Shown here piece by piece: positions 22,360 through 32,839 of a stretch of 64,000 bases of DNA (position 1 is its first letter; each line of letters starts with the position of its first letter). The position numbers and the translations under genes were made by a program. The DNA lies in NCBI GenBank assembly GCA_963736895.1, contig CAVTQU010000010.1, positions 131,111 to 195,110 on the forward strand. The letters run 5' to 3'. Under the pieces are notes generated by a model, which saw only the letters and a program-made list of their open reading frames with translations, did not search any database and was not told where the DNA came from. This stretch comes from an uncultured Chloroflexia bacterium. Lineage in GTDB: Bacteria; Chloroflexota; Limnocylindria; Limnocylindrales; CSP1-4.

Positions 22360-23741
22360 TTGGCTGATCGGGTAGGTGGCGCCGGCGCGAGCGTCGCTTT
22401 CGATGCAGCGTCCCTGGCGAGTGCCGTCAACGGTGCGATCGTGCGCGAGGGGCGTGCGTCGATTCGCGGCGGAGCTGTTGATTCCCGTCGTGTAGAGCCG
22501 GGCAATGCGTTCTTCGCGCTCCCCGGCGAGCGAACCGACGGCCATCGGTTCCTGGCCGATGCCGCCCAGCGAGGCGCGGCCGCGCTGGTGGTGTCGCAGG
22601 ATGTCGCCGACGACGACCTTGGCGACGCAGCGGTGATCAAGGTTGCCGACACGACTGTCGCGCTACAGCAGGCCGCCGCCGAATGGCGCAACCGGTTCGA
22701 TCTCCTGGTCGTCGGCGTGACCGGTTCACTCGCGAAGACATCGACCAAGGAGCAGATCGCCGAGGTTCTCTCCGAACGCTGGACGGTGCTGCGCAACGAG
22801 GCCAACGAGAACAACGAGATCGGCCTGCCGCTGACGATGCTGCGCATCGGGCCGGAACATGAGGTCGCGGTCCTCGAGATGGGCATGTACGAGCCCGGCG
22901 ACATTGCACTGCTCGCGGCACTGGCACGGCCGTCGATCGGCGTCGTGACTGCGGTTCGCGGCACGCATCTTTCGCGGGCGGGAAGCATCGACGAGATCGA
23001 ACGCGGCAAGCGCGAGCTGGTTGAGGCACTTCCCAGCGGCGGCACGGCCATCCTGAACGCCGACGATCCGCGCGTCGCCCGGATGGCCGACCACGTTGCT
23101 CCCGGCGTGGACGTCGTCACCTACGGCTTTGACGAACGAGCAGACGTCCGCGCCGAGCACGTCACGTCGCTCGGCTATGACGGGATGCGTGTTCGAGCTC
23201 CGCGCCGACAACGATGCGATCGACGTGACGATGCCCGCGCTGGGTCGGCACAGCGTCCACAACGGCCTCGCCGCGGCGGCCGTTGGCCTGGCGGCAGGGA
23301 TGGAGCTCCCGGCGATCGCGCGTGGACTTGCTCGACCGTGGAGCGCGCCGCATCGCACGCACGATCATCGACCTCGGGCCGATCAAGGTTCTCGACGACA
23401 GCTACAACGCCAGCCCGGACTCGATGATCGCCGCGCTCGACCTGCTGGCCAGCCTGCCCGGCCGCCACGTCGCCATCCTGGGCGAGATGCTGGAGCTCGG
23501 CGACTCGTCGGCAGATGCCCATAGTCGGGTGCTCGATCATGCCGGCAATACGGCCGACGTCATCCTCGCCGTGGGTCCGTATCGCGGCGGTCGGTCAAAG
23601 GACGCGGTGCTCGCCGACGTGGAACACATCGTGCGGCCGGGCGATGTCGTCCTGATCAAAGGCTCGCGCGGCGCGGCCATGGAGGAGTTCCTTCCGGCCC
23701 TGGAAGCCGCCGCGGACCGTATGAAGGCGCCGGTTAGATGA
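22360..23741 (+). CDS. murF: UDP-N-acetylmuramoyl-tripeptide--D-alanyl-D-alanine ligase MurF, two frame disruptions
   Basis: VGVTGSLAKTSTKE (P-loop variant), the NENNEIGLPLT MurF signature, and DDSYNASPDSMIAALDLL. Breaks near 23185 and ~23345. ATGA overlap with mraY. Confidence 0.87.
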
Positions 23742-24733
23742 ACGTCGCCGCGCCGCTCGTCCAGGCCATCCTGCTGGCCTTCGCGCTGGTCGTGATCCTG
23801 ATGCCGCCGTTCATCCTGCTGCTGCGTCGTCTCGGCTTCGGCAAGCGCATCAGGACCGAAGGCCCGGGCTCGCACATGGTCAAGGAAGGCACGCCCGCGA
23901 TGGGTGGCATCCTGATGATCGCCGTCGTCGTCACCTCGGCATTGCTGTTCCACCTCATCGCCGGCGGCACATTCCTGGGGCCGCAAACGATCGCGCCGAT
24001 CCTCACCTTGCTGGTGGTCGGCTTTCTGGGCGCCGCTGACGACTACCTCAACGCCACGACCGGCGAAGGCATCCGCATCCGCCAGAAGCTGCTCTGGCAG
24101 GTCGTGGTCGCCGGTGCGATCGCGTTCCAGATCCAGAGCACCTACCCAACGGCCCTGATCCTGTCTGTGCCGTTCGTGGGCGACGTCCCGATCGCCGCTT
24201 GGGCGTACGTTCTGTTTGCAGCGTTCGCCATCGTCGCCACCACCAACGGCGTCAACTTCACCGACGGACTCGACGGCCTTGCTGGAGGCACGCTGATCTT
24301 CGCCTTCGTGGCCTACCTGATCATCGCCCTGCTCGCCGGGCAGCAGAACCTGGCCATCCTGTGCGCGCTGCTCATCGGTGCCCTCCTTGGCTTCCTCTGG
24401 TTCAACGTGCACCCGGCGCAGGTGTTCATGGGTGATTCGGGCAGCCTCGCCATGGGCGCGACACTGGCCGTCATCGGCCTGATCACAGGGCAGATCCTGC
24501 TGTTGCCGTTGATCGGCATCATCTTCGTGCTGGAAGTTGGCTCGGACGTCATCCAGATCGCCAGCTTCAAGCTCACCGGCAACCGCGTCTTCCGGATGGC
24601 GCCGCTGCATCACCACTTCGAATTAGCCGGGTGGGATGAAGAGAAGATCACCATGCGGTTCTGGATCGTTGGCGTGCTGGCCGCCCTGCTTGGCGTCACG
24701 TTCTTCTTCTCGACCTATACGGCGACACCGTGA
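23738..24733 (+). CDS. mraY: phospho-N-acetylmuramoyl-pentapeptide transferase MraY
   Basis: Intact 331-aa polytopic protein with [24 protein letters not shown] and APLHHHFEL motifs. Confidence 0.96.
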   Translation: MNVAAPLVQAILLAFALVVILMPPFILLLRRLGFGKRIRTEGPGSHMVKEGTPAMGGILMIAVVVTSALLFHLIAGGTFLGPQTIAPILTLLVVGFLGAADDYLNATTGEGIRIRQKLLWQVVVAGAIAFQIQSTYPTALILSVPFVGDVPIAAWAYVLFAAFAIVATTNGVNFTDGLDGLAGGTLIFAFVAYLIIALLAGQQNLAILCALLIGALLGFLWFNVHPAQVFMGDSGSLAMGATLAVIGLITGQILLLPLIGIIFVLEVGSDVIQIASFKLTGNRVFRMAPLHHHFELAGWDEEKITMRFWIVGVLAALLGVTFFFSTYTATP

Positions 24734-26244
24734 GCGCGATGGCGTCCATCCCGACCGTCATCGATCTGGACCACCTGACGCTCGACTCGTTCCGTGATCA
24801 GCCCGTTGCCGTCCTCGGCCTGGCGCGCAGTGGTGTGGCTCTGACTCGCTTCCTGTCCGATCGCGGCGCGCGAGTCACCGTCTACGACACTCGACGGTCG
24901 GCCGACCTCCAGCAACAGATCGACCAGCTTGAGGGTCGCCCGGTTCGGCTGCTCCTGGGACCGGACGTGGAACCCGGAGCGGCACTCGCCGACCAGGCGC
25001 TGATCGCAACCTCGCCGTCGATCAACAGCCGCTACCCGACGACCGAACCGCGGATGCGTGCGGCGCTTGCGGACCTGGAAGCGGCGGGCCGGGTGCCTAT
25101 CGTCAGTGAGGTCGACCTGTTCCTGCGCCTCTGTCCGGCGACGACCATTGGCGTTACCGGTACCAAGGGCAAGACCACCACCAGCTCGCTCATCGCGGCG
25201 GTGCTGGCCCAGGGTGGCGCGCCGTCGATGCTGGGTGGAAATATCGGATTGCCGTTGGTCGAGCGACTGCCCGACCTGACGCCCGAACATCGCGTCGTGG
25301 TCGAGCTGTCCGAGCTGCAGCTGCCAACGCTCTCTCATGGCACGGACGTGGCCGTCTACACGCACGTGACCAGCGACCACCTGGATCGCCACGGGACAGT
25401 CGAGGCATATCAAGCCGCGAAGCGAAGGCTCGCTGAGTTGACCGCAGCCGATGGCCGGCTCGTGCTCAACGCCGAAGACCCCGTGTCGTCAGCGTTTGCG
25501 ACGGCCAGTGCCGCTACGGCCGTGTACTACCGGCGCGGCGAGCCCGAGGTCGGCGGTGTCGGGGTGAGCGACGGCTGGATCGTTGCGGACGGCGTCGAGC
25601 GACTGGGCTCGGTTGGCGGAGGCACCGCGGCCACTGGGCCGGCCGGCCGCATCATGCCGCTGGGCGAGGTCCTGATCCCCGGCGCGCACAACACCAGCAA
25701 CGTCCTTGCAGCGGTCACGGTCGGCTTGCTGTTCGGGATCGCGCCCGACGCGATTCGTCTCGCCGTGGCCGGCTTCACCGGCGTGGAGCACCGCCTCGAG
25801 GGCGTGGCCACCATTGGCGCGATCACGTTCGTCAACGACTCGCAGGGCACGCAACCGGACGCGGTCATCGCCGCGCTCCACAGCTTCGAGCCGCCGATCG
25901 TGCTGATTGCCGGCGGTCGCACCAAGAACGTGCCGCTCGACGAGCTGGCCCGAGTGGTTGGAGAACGTGCGGCCGCGGCCGTGCTCATCGGTGAAACGGC
26001 GGAAGAGATGTCAACGCTGTTCGCGCGCGCCGGATTGGCCCACATCGAACGTGCCGCGAGCATGGACGAGGCAGTCGCTCTTGCCCACGAGATCGCGAGC
26101 GAACTGAGCGCTCAAACCGGGCGGCCGGCGACAGTCCTGCTCAGTCCTGCCGCCACGAGCTTCGACATGTTCGTCGACTACGCGGCGCGGGGAGACGCGT
26201 TCAAGGAGTCGGTCAGGCGCATCGCGCAGGGGAGTGGCCAATGA
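24730..26244 (+). CDS. murD: UDP-N-acetylmuramoylalanine--D-glutamate ligase MurD
   Basis: Intact. GTGA overlap with mraY. VLGLARSG Rossmann region, GVTGTKGKTTT P-loop, FVNDSQGTQPDA. Confidence 0.93.
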   Translation: MSAMASIPTVIDLDHLTLDSFRDQPVAVLGLARSGVALTRFLSDRGARVTVYDTRRSADLQQQIDQLEGRPVRLLLGPDVEPGAALADQALIATSPSINSRYPTTEPRMRAALADLEAAGRVPIVSEVDLFLRLCPATTIGVTGTKGKTTTSSLIAAVLAQGGAPSMLGGNIGLPLVERLPDLTPEHRVVVELSELQLPTLSHGTDVAVYTHVTSDHLDRHGTVEAYQAAKRRLAELTAADGRLVLNAEDPVSSAFATASAATAVYYRRGEPEVGGVGVSDGWIVADGVERLGSVGGGTAATGPAGRIMPLGEVLIPGAHNTSNVLAAVTVGLLFGIAPDAIRLAVAGFTGVEHRLEGVATIGAITFVNDSQGTQPDAVIAALHSFEPPIVLIAGGRTKNVPLDELARVVGERAAAAVLIGETAEEMSTLFARAGLAHIERAASMDEAVALAHEIASELSAQTGRPATVLLSPAATSFDMFVDYAARGDAFKESVRRIAQGSGQ

Positions 26245-27533
26245 CCGCGGCAAGAGCAACGCAGACCGCCACGCGCGCCACGCAGCCTCCTGCCGTCAAA
26301 CAGTTCCGCGGCCCGCAGCGGGTGCGTCACGAGCCTGACTACCTGCTCCTCCTGAGCATCGTCGGGCTGGCTTCCGTCGGCCTGTTGATGGTCTATTCCA
26401 GCTCGGGCATCAACTCGCTTCTGCAGCACGACGATCCGTTCGCCGTGGTTGGCCCGCAGGCGTTCTGGGCCGCGGCGGGGGCGCTGGTGATGGTGATCTT
26501 CATGCGTCTCGACTATCGGTATCTCCGCCTGATCTCGATCCCGGCGTTCCTCATCTCATTGCTGCTCCTGGCCATCGTCCTGTTGCCGGCCATCGGACCG
26601 CTGCACCCGATCGAGGTGGGCGGGTCCACCCGATGGCTACAGCTAGGCCCGCTGCCAGCGATGCACCCCGCCGAGTTCGCCAAGCTGGCTCTCGTCGTGT
26701 ACCTGGCCCACTGGCTGACCCGGAAGGGCACTCAGACGCGCTCGCTGTTCGACGGCCTGGTTCCGTTCATGCTCATCGTTGGACCGGTGCTGCTGCTGGT
26801 TCTCTTCGAGCCTGACCTCGGCACCATGGGCGTGCTGACACTGGCCGCATTCACGATGTTCTTCGTCGCCGGTGGCAGCCTGTGGCAGCTGGGACTGCTC
26901 ATTCCGCTGGGAGTCGGGGCCGTGGCCTGGGTCGTCACTCACAGCAGCTACCAGATGGCCCGCGTCCAGGCTTTCATGGATCCCTGGGCCGACCCGCAGG
27001 GGATCGGCTTCCACACCGTGCAGGGGCTGCTGGCGATCGGTACCGGCGGGGTCCTGGGCATCGGCCTGGGAGAGAGCCGCCAACCCGGTGCGCTTCACCT
27101 GCCGGCCGCCCAGAACGACTTCGTCTTCGCCGTCGTCGCCCAGGAGCTCGGCTTCCTCGGCGCCATCGCGGTGATCGGCTGTTACCTGTTGTTCGCGTAC
27201 CGCGGCATCAAGATCGCCCTCGCCGCGCCAGACACATTTGGCGCGCTGCTGGCCACGGGAATCACTGCCTGGCTTACCCTGCAGGCGTTCATCAACATTG
27301 GTGTCGTGGTCGTACTGCTGCCGATCACGGGCATCACGTTGCCCTTTGTATCGGCTGGTGGTTCGTCACTCCTCGTGTCGTTCGCTGCCATCGGTATCCT
27401 GCTTTCGATCTCGCGCGAGACGATTTCCCGAGGAACCTGGAACGATGCGGATTCTGATCGCCGCAGGTGGAACCGGCGGCCACGTCTATCCCGCGCTGGC
27501 CGTCGCGCGCTCCCTGCGCGAACGGGCGCCTGA
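26241..27533 (+). CDS. ftsW: SEDS-family peptidoglycan polymerase FtsW
   Basis: Intact 430-aa multi-TM protein with QPAEFAKLALVVYLA-like (HPAEFAKLALVVYLAHW), NDFVFAVVAQELGF and LPFVSAGGSSLL motifs. ATGA overlap with murD. The Arg-rich tail overlaps murG by 89 nt. Confidence 0.9.
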   Translation: MTAARATQTATRATQPPAVKQFRGPQRVRHEPDYLLLLSIVGLASVGLLMVYSSSGINSLLQHDDPFAVVGPQAFWAAAGALVMVIFMRLDYRYLRLISIPAFLISLLLLAIVLLPAIGPLHPIEVGGSTRWLQLGPLPAMHPAEFAKLALVVYLAHWLTRKGTQTRSLFDGLVPFMLIVGPVLLLVLFEPDLGTMGVLTLAAFTMFFVAGGSLWQLGLLIPLGVGAVAWVVTHSSYQMARVQAFMDPWADPQGIGFHTVQGLLAIGTGGVLGIGLGESRQPGALHLPAAQNDFVFAVVAQELGFLGAIAVIGCYLLFAYRGIKIALAAPDTFGALLATGITAWLTLQAFINIGVVVVLLPITGITLPFVSAGGSSLLVSFAAIGILLSISRETISRGTWNDADSDRRRWNRRPRLSRAGRRALPARTGA

Positions 27534-28593
27534 CGCCGAGTTCCGCTGGCTGGGTGGGCGTCGCGGTCTCGAAGCATCCATCGTCCCGGACGAGGGCTAT
27601 GAGTACTCCAGCATGCTGCTGCGTTCGTTGCGCACGGTCGATGTCTCCGCTAACACCATCCTCGACCCACTCCGACTGGCAGCCTCGGTGCCCCAGGCGA
27701 CGGCAATCCTGGCCCGCTGGCGACCCAACGTGATCTTCACCACGGGCGGCTACGTGGCGATCCCAGTCGTTACGGCCGGGGCAGCGCTGCGCGTGCCCAG
27801 CCTCATGTGGGAAGGCAATCTCGTGCCCGGCCGCAGCGTGCGGACGACGGCGCGTCTGACGCGCGCATTGGCTGTCAGCTTTGCCGAGACGTGCAAGGCA
27901 TTGCCCGGACGCTGCTACGTGACTGGCACGCCCATCCGCTCTTTCGCCGGCCGTGACAGCGCGACGGCGCGAGAAGCGCTGGGCCTCGACGCGGACACGC
28001 CCGTTCTTTTCGTCTTCGGTGGTTCGCAGGCGGTACGGCGGCTCAACCGTGCCGTCGCGGACGCGCTGCCGACCCTGGTGGAGAACGCATACGTGCTGCA
28101 TATGACGGGCGAGGCCGGGTACGCCGACGCGCTCAAGCGACGCGAAGCGCTCCCCGCCGAACGCCGCGCGCGGTACAAGCCGTATGCGTTCCTGCGTGCC
28201 GAGATGACCGACGCGCTGCTCGCGGCGGATTTGCTCGTTGGCCGTGCCGGATCCTCGACGCTCGCCGAGGCCAGCGCGCTCGGCCTGCCCATGGTGGTTG
28301 TTCCGTATCCCCACGCGTCATCGCACCAGATGGCCAATGCGCGCGCGCTGGCCGACGCCGGCGCGGCACGCATCATTCCTGACGACGAGCTTGACGCCGC
28401 GGCCCTGATCGAGGCCGCGAAGCTGCTCGAGGATCGGCCCGCGCTGGACGCGATGTGCGCCGCGGCTCGTGGCTTCGGCCGACCTGGCGCGGCCGATGCC
28501 GTCGCCGAGATCGTCCTCGCCCTTGCCGAGCGCCACGCATTGCCGAGCGCGGCCGCGATCGAACGCCTGTCGCGGGCAGGAGCAAAAAGTTGA
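27445..28593 (+). CDS. murG: UDP-N-acetylglucosamine--N-acetylmuramyl-(pentapeptide) pyrophosphoryl-undecaprenol GlcNAc transferase MurG
   Basis: Canonical N-terminus MRILIAAGGTGGHVYPALAVA at ATG 27445 within ORF 27238..28593. C-terminal RAGSSTLAEASALGLPMVVVPYP...HQMANA. Confidence 0.93.
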   Translation: MRILIAAGGTGGHVYPALAVARSLRERAPDAEFRWLGGRRGLEASIVPDEGYEYSSMLLRSLRTVDVSANTILDPLRLAASVPQATAILARWRPNVIFTTGGYVAIPVVTAGAALRVPSLMWEGNLVPGRSVRTTARLTRALAVSFAETCKALPGRCYVTGTPIRSFAGRDSATAREALGLDADTPVLFVFGGSQAVRRLNRAVADALPTLVENAYVLHMTGEAGYADALKRREALPAERRARYKPYAFLRAEMTDALLAADLLVGRAGSSTLAEASALGLPMVVVPYPHASSHQMANARALADAGAARIIPDDELDAAALIEAAKLLEDRPALDAMCAAARGFGRPGAADAVAEIVLALAERHALPSAAAIERLSRAGAKS

Positions 28594-28601
28594 GCAGCGT
28601 T

Positions 28602-29576
28602 ATGGCAGCTCCCTTCGAGCCGCTCACCGAGGAGGACCTGTCACGACTGGGCACGGACATCCAGCGGCGCATCGGCGTCAAGACGTCCCGCCACGAGCCG
28701 CTGTCGCGCTTCACGACCATGCGCGTCGGCGGCGCGGCCGACCTGTTCGCCGAGATCCACAACCTTTTCGAGCTGCGGGCGATCATCCGTTTCGCCCGCT
28801 CCCGTGGCCTGCCGCACTTCATCCTGGGCCGCGGCTCGGATCTCGTTATCAGCGACGCCGGCATCCGCGGCCTGGTCATCCAGAACCGCGCCCAGCAGGT
28901 CCGCTTCGAGGGCAATCGCCTGACCGCCGACTCGGGCCTCGCGATGGCCAAGGCGGCAACGCTGTGCAAAGGGGAGGGCCTGTCCGGGCTGGAGTTCGGC
29001 CTGGCCATCCCGGGCACGGTCGGCGGGGCGGTGTGGGCCAACGCCGGCGCCCACGAGTCAGACATCAAGGCGGTAATCGCACAGGCCTCCGTCCTGCGCG
29101 CAGATGGGACCGAAGAGGCGCTCGATGTCGATGGCCTCGGCCTGGCGTACCGCGACAGCAAGCTCAAGCACGCGGCCCAGGAGCTGCCCGACATCGTGAC
29201 CTGGGCGTCGTTCGACCTCGAGCCCGCCGACCCTGAGCTGATCGGCACGAGGCTCGACGAGATTCGCAAGTGGCGGCAGGCACATCAGCCGCTGGGCATG
29301 CCCTCGGCCGGTAGCGTCTTCCGCAACCCCGATGGATCCTCGGCCGGTGCCCTCATCGATGGACTGGGCCTGAAGGGCATGCGGGTCGGCGGCGCGTCAG
29401 TCAGCGAGAAGCACGCCAATTTCATCGTCAACGACCAGGACGGCACGGCATCGGATGTCCGCAACCTGGGCGAGCAGGTTCGCGATCGGGTCCGTAGCGA
29501 AACCGGAGTCGAGCTCGTCTTCGAGATCGTGTTCGCCGGCGACTGGAGCGCGTGGCAGGCGCAAGCGGAAGCATGA
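28602..29576 (+). CDS. murB: UDP-N-acetylenolpyruvoylglucosamine reductase MurB
   Basis: ATG 28602 within ORF 28455..29576. FAD-binding TTMRVGGAADLF, GRGSDLVISD, and SAGSVFRNP...AGALID. Confidence 0.93.
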   Translation: MAAPFEPLTEEDLSRLGTDIQRRIGVKTSRHEPLSRFTTMRVGGAADLFAEIHNLFELRAIIRFARSRGLPHFILGRGSDLVISDAGIRGLVIQNRAQQVRFEGNRLTADSGLAMAKAATLCKGEGLSGLEFGLAIPGTVGGAVWANAGAHESDIKAVIAQASVLRADGTEEALDVDGLGLAYRDSKLKHAAQELPDIVTWASFDLEPADPELIGTRLDEIRKWRQAHQPLGMPSAGSVFRNPDGSSAGALIDGLGLKGMRVGGASVSEKHANFIVNDQDGTASDVRNLGEQVRDRVRSETGVELVFEIVFAGDWSAWQAQAEA

Positions 29577-30697
29577 ACAGCACCCGGATCGCGGTCGTGC
29601 TGGGTGGTCCGTCGGCCGAGCACGACGTGTCGCTCGTCTCGGGCCGTGCGATCGCTGCCGCACTCTCCGAGCGCGGCCACACCATCGACGGCTGGCTGGT
29701 TGATCTGGATGGGCGCTGGTGGCAGCTGCCGGCGGCTGCCATGGATCGCGGGCTGGCACGGACTGCATACGACGATCCGAGGGCGCTCGAGGCACGTGGG
29801 CCACTTTCGGCCGGCCAGGCCATGGACCAGATGCGTGCCACCGAGCCCGTGCCGGTCGTCTTCATCGCACTCCACGGCCCGTTTGGCGAGGACGGCACGG
29901 TCCAGGCGTTGTGCGAGGCGGCTGGGCTGACATACACCGGGGCGGGTGTCGCGGCATCTGCCATCGGGATGGACAAGGTCATCTTCAAGCGCCTCACCAA
30001 GGGATTGGGCATGCCCGTCGTGCCGTGGATCGAGCTCTCGGCCGTGGAGTGGCAGGACGATCCCGCCGCAGCCCAGCGGCGCATCGCTGATTTCGCCACG
30101 TCCATGCCCGACGCGCGCGTGGTCGTGAAGCCGACCCGACTCGGATCGTCGGTGGGCATCTCGATCGTCCACAAGCCAGGCGATCCCGAGTACACAGGCG
30201 GCGCCGTCACCGATGCGCTGCGCTACGGCGACTCCGTCCTGGTCGAGGCATACCTGGATCATGCCCGTGAGCTGGAGATGAGCGTTCTCGGCAACTCGGA
30301 GCACGATCTTGAGAGCTACGGACCGGGGGAGATTTTCCCGGGTCACGAGTTCTACGACTACACCGCCAAATACAGCGACGGCGTCTCGCGCACCACCGAG
30401 CGCGCCGACGTTGACGGCGACATGCGCTCCAGGATCCATGACATCGCGCGCCGGGCATACCTGGCAATCGGAGCCGCCGGGTTCGCGCGCGTGGATTTCA
30501 TGCTCGATAAGGACGGCGCGCTGTACCTCAACGAGATCAACACAATTCCCGGCTTCACTCCGATCAGCCTCTTTCCAGTGATGTGCCGCGAGGGTGGCTA
30601 CGACTTCGGCGCGATCTCGGAGAAGATCGTTGAGCTCGCGCTGGCACGGGCCGCGGCGCAACCTGCACTGCGGCTGACCCGCGCCGACCTGCCTTAG
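29573..30697 (+). CDS. ddl: D-alanine--D-alanine ligase
   Basis: ATGA overlap with murB. RIAVVLGGPSAEHDVSLVSG, ALHGPFGEDGTVQ and LNEINTIPGFT (ATP-grasp). Confidence 0.95.
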   Translation: MNSTRIAVVLGGPSAEHDVSLVSGRAIAAALSERGHTIDGWLVDLDGRWWQLPAAAMDRGLARTAYDDPRALEARGPLSAGQAMDQMRATEPVPVVFIALHGPFGEDGTVQALCEAAGLTYTGAGVAASAIGMDKVIFKRLTKGLGMPVVPWIELSAVEWQDDPAAAQRRIADFATSMPDARVVVKPTRLGSSVGISIVHKPGDPEYTGGAVTDALRYGDSVLVEAYLDHARELEMSVLGNSEHDLESYGPGEIFPGHEFYDYTAKYSDGVSRTTERADVDGDMRSRIHDIARRAYLAIGAAGFARVDFMLDKDGALYLNEINTIPGFTPISLFPVMCREGGYDFGAISEKIVELALARAAAQPALRLTRADLP

Positions 30698-31570
30698 GTG
30701 CGACTGGTCACGCGACAACCGGTAGCCGGGGGACGGACTCGACGGGCATCGTCCCGTAACCGTGGCGTGTTTGCGCTGGTGACCCGCTGGCGCGTGGCGG
30801 GTCTGGTCCTGGCGCTCTCGACGGCGGCGTTGTTCGCGGCGCTGGTGACGAGCCACCAATTCGACCTAACGCAGATCCAGGTGAGCGACCTCGTTTACAC
30901 GCAGCAGGCCGACATCGACGCAGCAGTTGGGCTGCCCGCTGGCGCCACGCCCAACATCTTCCGCATCGACACCACGCGAATGGCACGCGCTCTCGTCACG
31001 TTGCCCGCGGTCGCCAGTGCCAACGTCTACGTGACGCTTCCGGATCGGCTGGTCGTTGATGTCACCGAGCGGACGCCCACCTTCGTCCTTGCCACGCCCA
31101 CTGCCGCGTACGTCCTTGACGTGGACGGATTCGTCCTCGACGAGGTGCCCGTCGCCGATGCATCCAGCCTCGGACTGCCGGTGATCACGGACCTGCGCGA
31201 CCAGTTCGCGCCGGTCCTGGACGTCGGCGGACGGCTCGACGAGGTGTCGCTGGATGCCGACCTGCGACTGGCGGCGATCACTCCGGCCACGATCGGCACG
31301 AGCTATAGCGGGTTAACAGTGACGGCGGACGACACCAACGGCTACGTCCTCACCGCAGAACCCGGTGGTTGGCGCGCGATTTTCGGCCACTACACGCCCA
31401 ACCTGCGGCCAATCGACATCTTCGACACCCAGGTTCAGTGCCTGCGCGCCCGAGTGGGGGCCGGCGAGTCGGACATCGCGGTCATCTACCTGGCGCCGCT
31501 CGACGACAAGTGCGGGACATTCCTGCCGCGCAGCACTCCATCGGAGACCCTGTCTCCGGCTCCCAATTGA
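30698..31570 (+). CDS. ftsQ: cell division protein FtsQ/DivIB (POTRA domain)
   Basis: GTG immediately after the ddl stop. One TM (VAGLVLALSTAALFAALV) is followed by a POTRA-like region (IQVSDLVYTQQADIDAAV...). Canonical position before ftsA. Confidence 0.8.
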   Translation: MRLVTRQPVAGGRTRRASSRNRGVFALVTRWRVAGLVLALSTAALFAALVTSHQFDLTQIQVSDLVYTQQADIDAAVGLPAGATPNIFRIDTTRMARALVTLPAVASANVYVTLPDRLVVDVTERTPTFVLATPTAAYVLDVDGFVLDEVPVADASSLGLPVITDLRDQFAPVLDVGGRLDEVSLDADLRLAAITPATIGTSYSGLTVTADDTNGYVLTAEPGGWRAIFGHYTPNLRPIDIFDTQVQCLRARVGAGESDIAVIYLAPLDDKCGTFLPRSTPSETLSPAPN

Positions 31571-31590
31571 TTCGGTCCCGCTAGGCGAGA

Positions 31591-32835
31591 ATGACACCAA
31601 TGGAACGTGAAGCAGTACTCGTCGCCCTCGACGTAGGGACGAGCAAGGTCGTGGCGCTCATCGGCGAGGTGACGCGCGAGACGGGCGTCACCGTCATCGG
31701 CAAGGGCTCGGTTGGATCCTCCGGTCTGAAGAAGGGCGTCGTGATCAACATCGACCAAACGGTCGGGTCGATCAAGGCCGCCCGTGAGGCCGCGGAGCGC
31801 CTGTCCGGCTATCGGATCGAATCGGCGATCGTGGCCGTCGGTGGAAACCACGTCGAATCGCAGAACTCCCGTGGAGCGGTCGCCGTCAGCGGGGCGCGAC
31901 GCGAGGTCAGCCGCGAGGACATCGAGCGCGCGACCGAGGTCGCCAGGGCGGTCAGCATCCCATCCAACCGCGAGGTGCTCCATGTGCTGCCGCGCGGCTT
32001 CGTTGTCGACGGCCAGGAGGGCGTCAAGGATCCGCTGGGCATGAGCGCGGTGCGGCTCGAGGTGGAGACGCACATCGTCCACGCCGGCGCGACGGCGGTC
32101 CAGAACCTGACCAAGTGCGTGCAGCGCGCGGAGATCCGCATCGACGAGCTCGTCTCGTCCGCGCTCGCTTCGGGCGACGCGGTCCTGACCGAGACGGAGC
32201 GCGAGCTGGGCGTGGCCGTCGCTGATTTCGGAGCTGGCACGATCGACCTCGCGCTGTACATGGACGGCTCGCCCTTCCACACGGCCGTTCTGCCGCTCGG
32301 TGGAAACAACGTCACCAATGACGTGGCCATCGGCCTGAAGACGAGCCTGACCGCCGCCGAGGAGCTGAAGATCAAGCACGGCACGGCGGATCCGTCATTG
32401 ATCGTGGAGGACGAGGACGTCGAGGTCGAGGGGATCGGCGAGGGCGACGCCACCACGGCCTCGCGGCGCGAGCTCTCCGAGATCATCGAGGCACGCATGC
32501 GCGAGGTCTTCGAGAAGATCGGCGAGGAGATCGAGCGTGCCGGCTACAAGGGCATGCTGCCCGCCGGCCTGGTCATGACCGGTGGCGCGGCCGAGCTGGC
32601 GGGCACCGCCCGATTGGGCAGGGAAGTGCTCCAGGCGCCGGTGCGAATTGCCGGCCCAACCGGCGTCGACGGCCTGACCGACCATCTCCTGACTCCGGCG
32701 TTCAGCACTTCGCTCGGACTGTTGATGTGGGGTGCCAGATCGGTGCAGGGCTACGAGCCGGCGCACTACGAGTCAGGCCCAACGCCGGGAATGATAAATC
32801 GCATGCGCGACTGGGCACGGGGACTGTTGCCGTAA
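31591..32835 (+). CDS. ftsA: cell division protein FtsA
   Basis: Intact 414-aa actin-fold protein: VALDVGTSKVVALIGE, DFGAGTIDLAL, GVVMTGGAAEL-like (GLVMTGGAAELAG). Confidence 0.95.
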   Translation: MTPMEREAVLVALDVGTSKVVALIGEVTRETGVTVIGKGSVGSSGLKKGVVINIDQTVGSIKAAREAAERLSGYRIESAIVAVGGNHVESQNSRGAVAVSGARREVSREDIERATEVARAVSIPSNREVLHVLPRGFVVDGQEGVKDPLGMSAVRLEVETHIVHAGATAVQNLTKCVQRAEIRIDELVSSALASGDAVLTETERELGVAVADFGAGTIDLALYMDGSPFHTAVLPLGGNNVTNDVAIGLKTSLTAAEELKIKHGTADPSLIVEDEDVEVEGIGEGDATTASRRELSEIIEARMREVFEKIGEEIERAGYKGMLPAGLVMTGGAAELAGTARLGREVLQAPVRIAGPTGVDGLTDHLLTPAFSTSLGLLMWGARSVQGYEPAHYESGPTPGMINRMRDWARGLLP

Positions 32836-32839
32836 GACC

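Noticed and set aside
27445-27533. The 89-nt ftsW/murG overlap as evidence of another indel.
   Set aside because: It lies in a block with no other frame problems. The FtsW core ends normally (...LLSISRETISRG), and the extra Arg-rich tail is the kind of run-on expected when the next in-frame stop is distant in GC-rich DNA. It cannot be decided from sequence alone.
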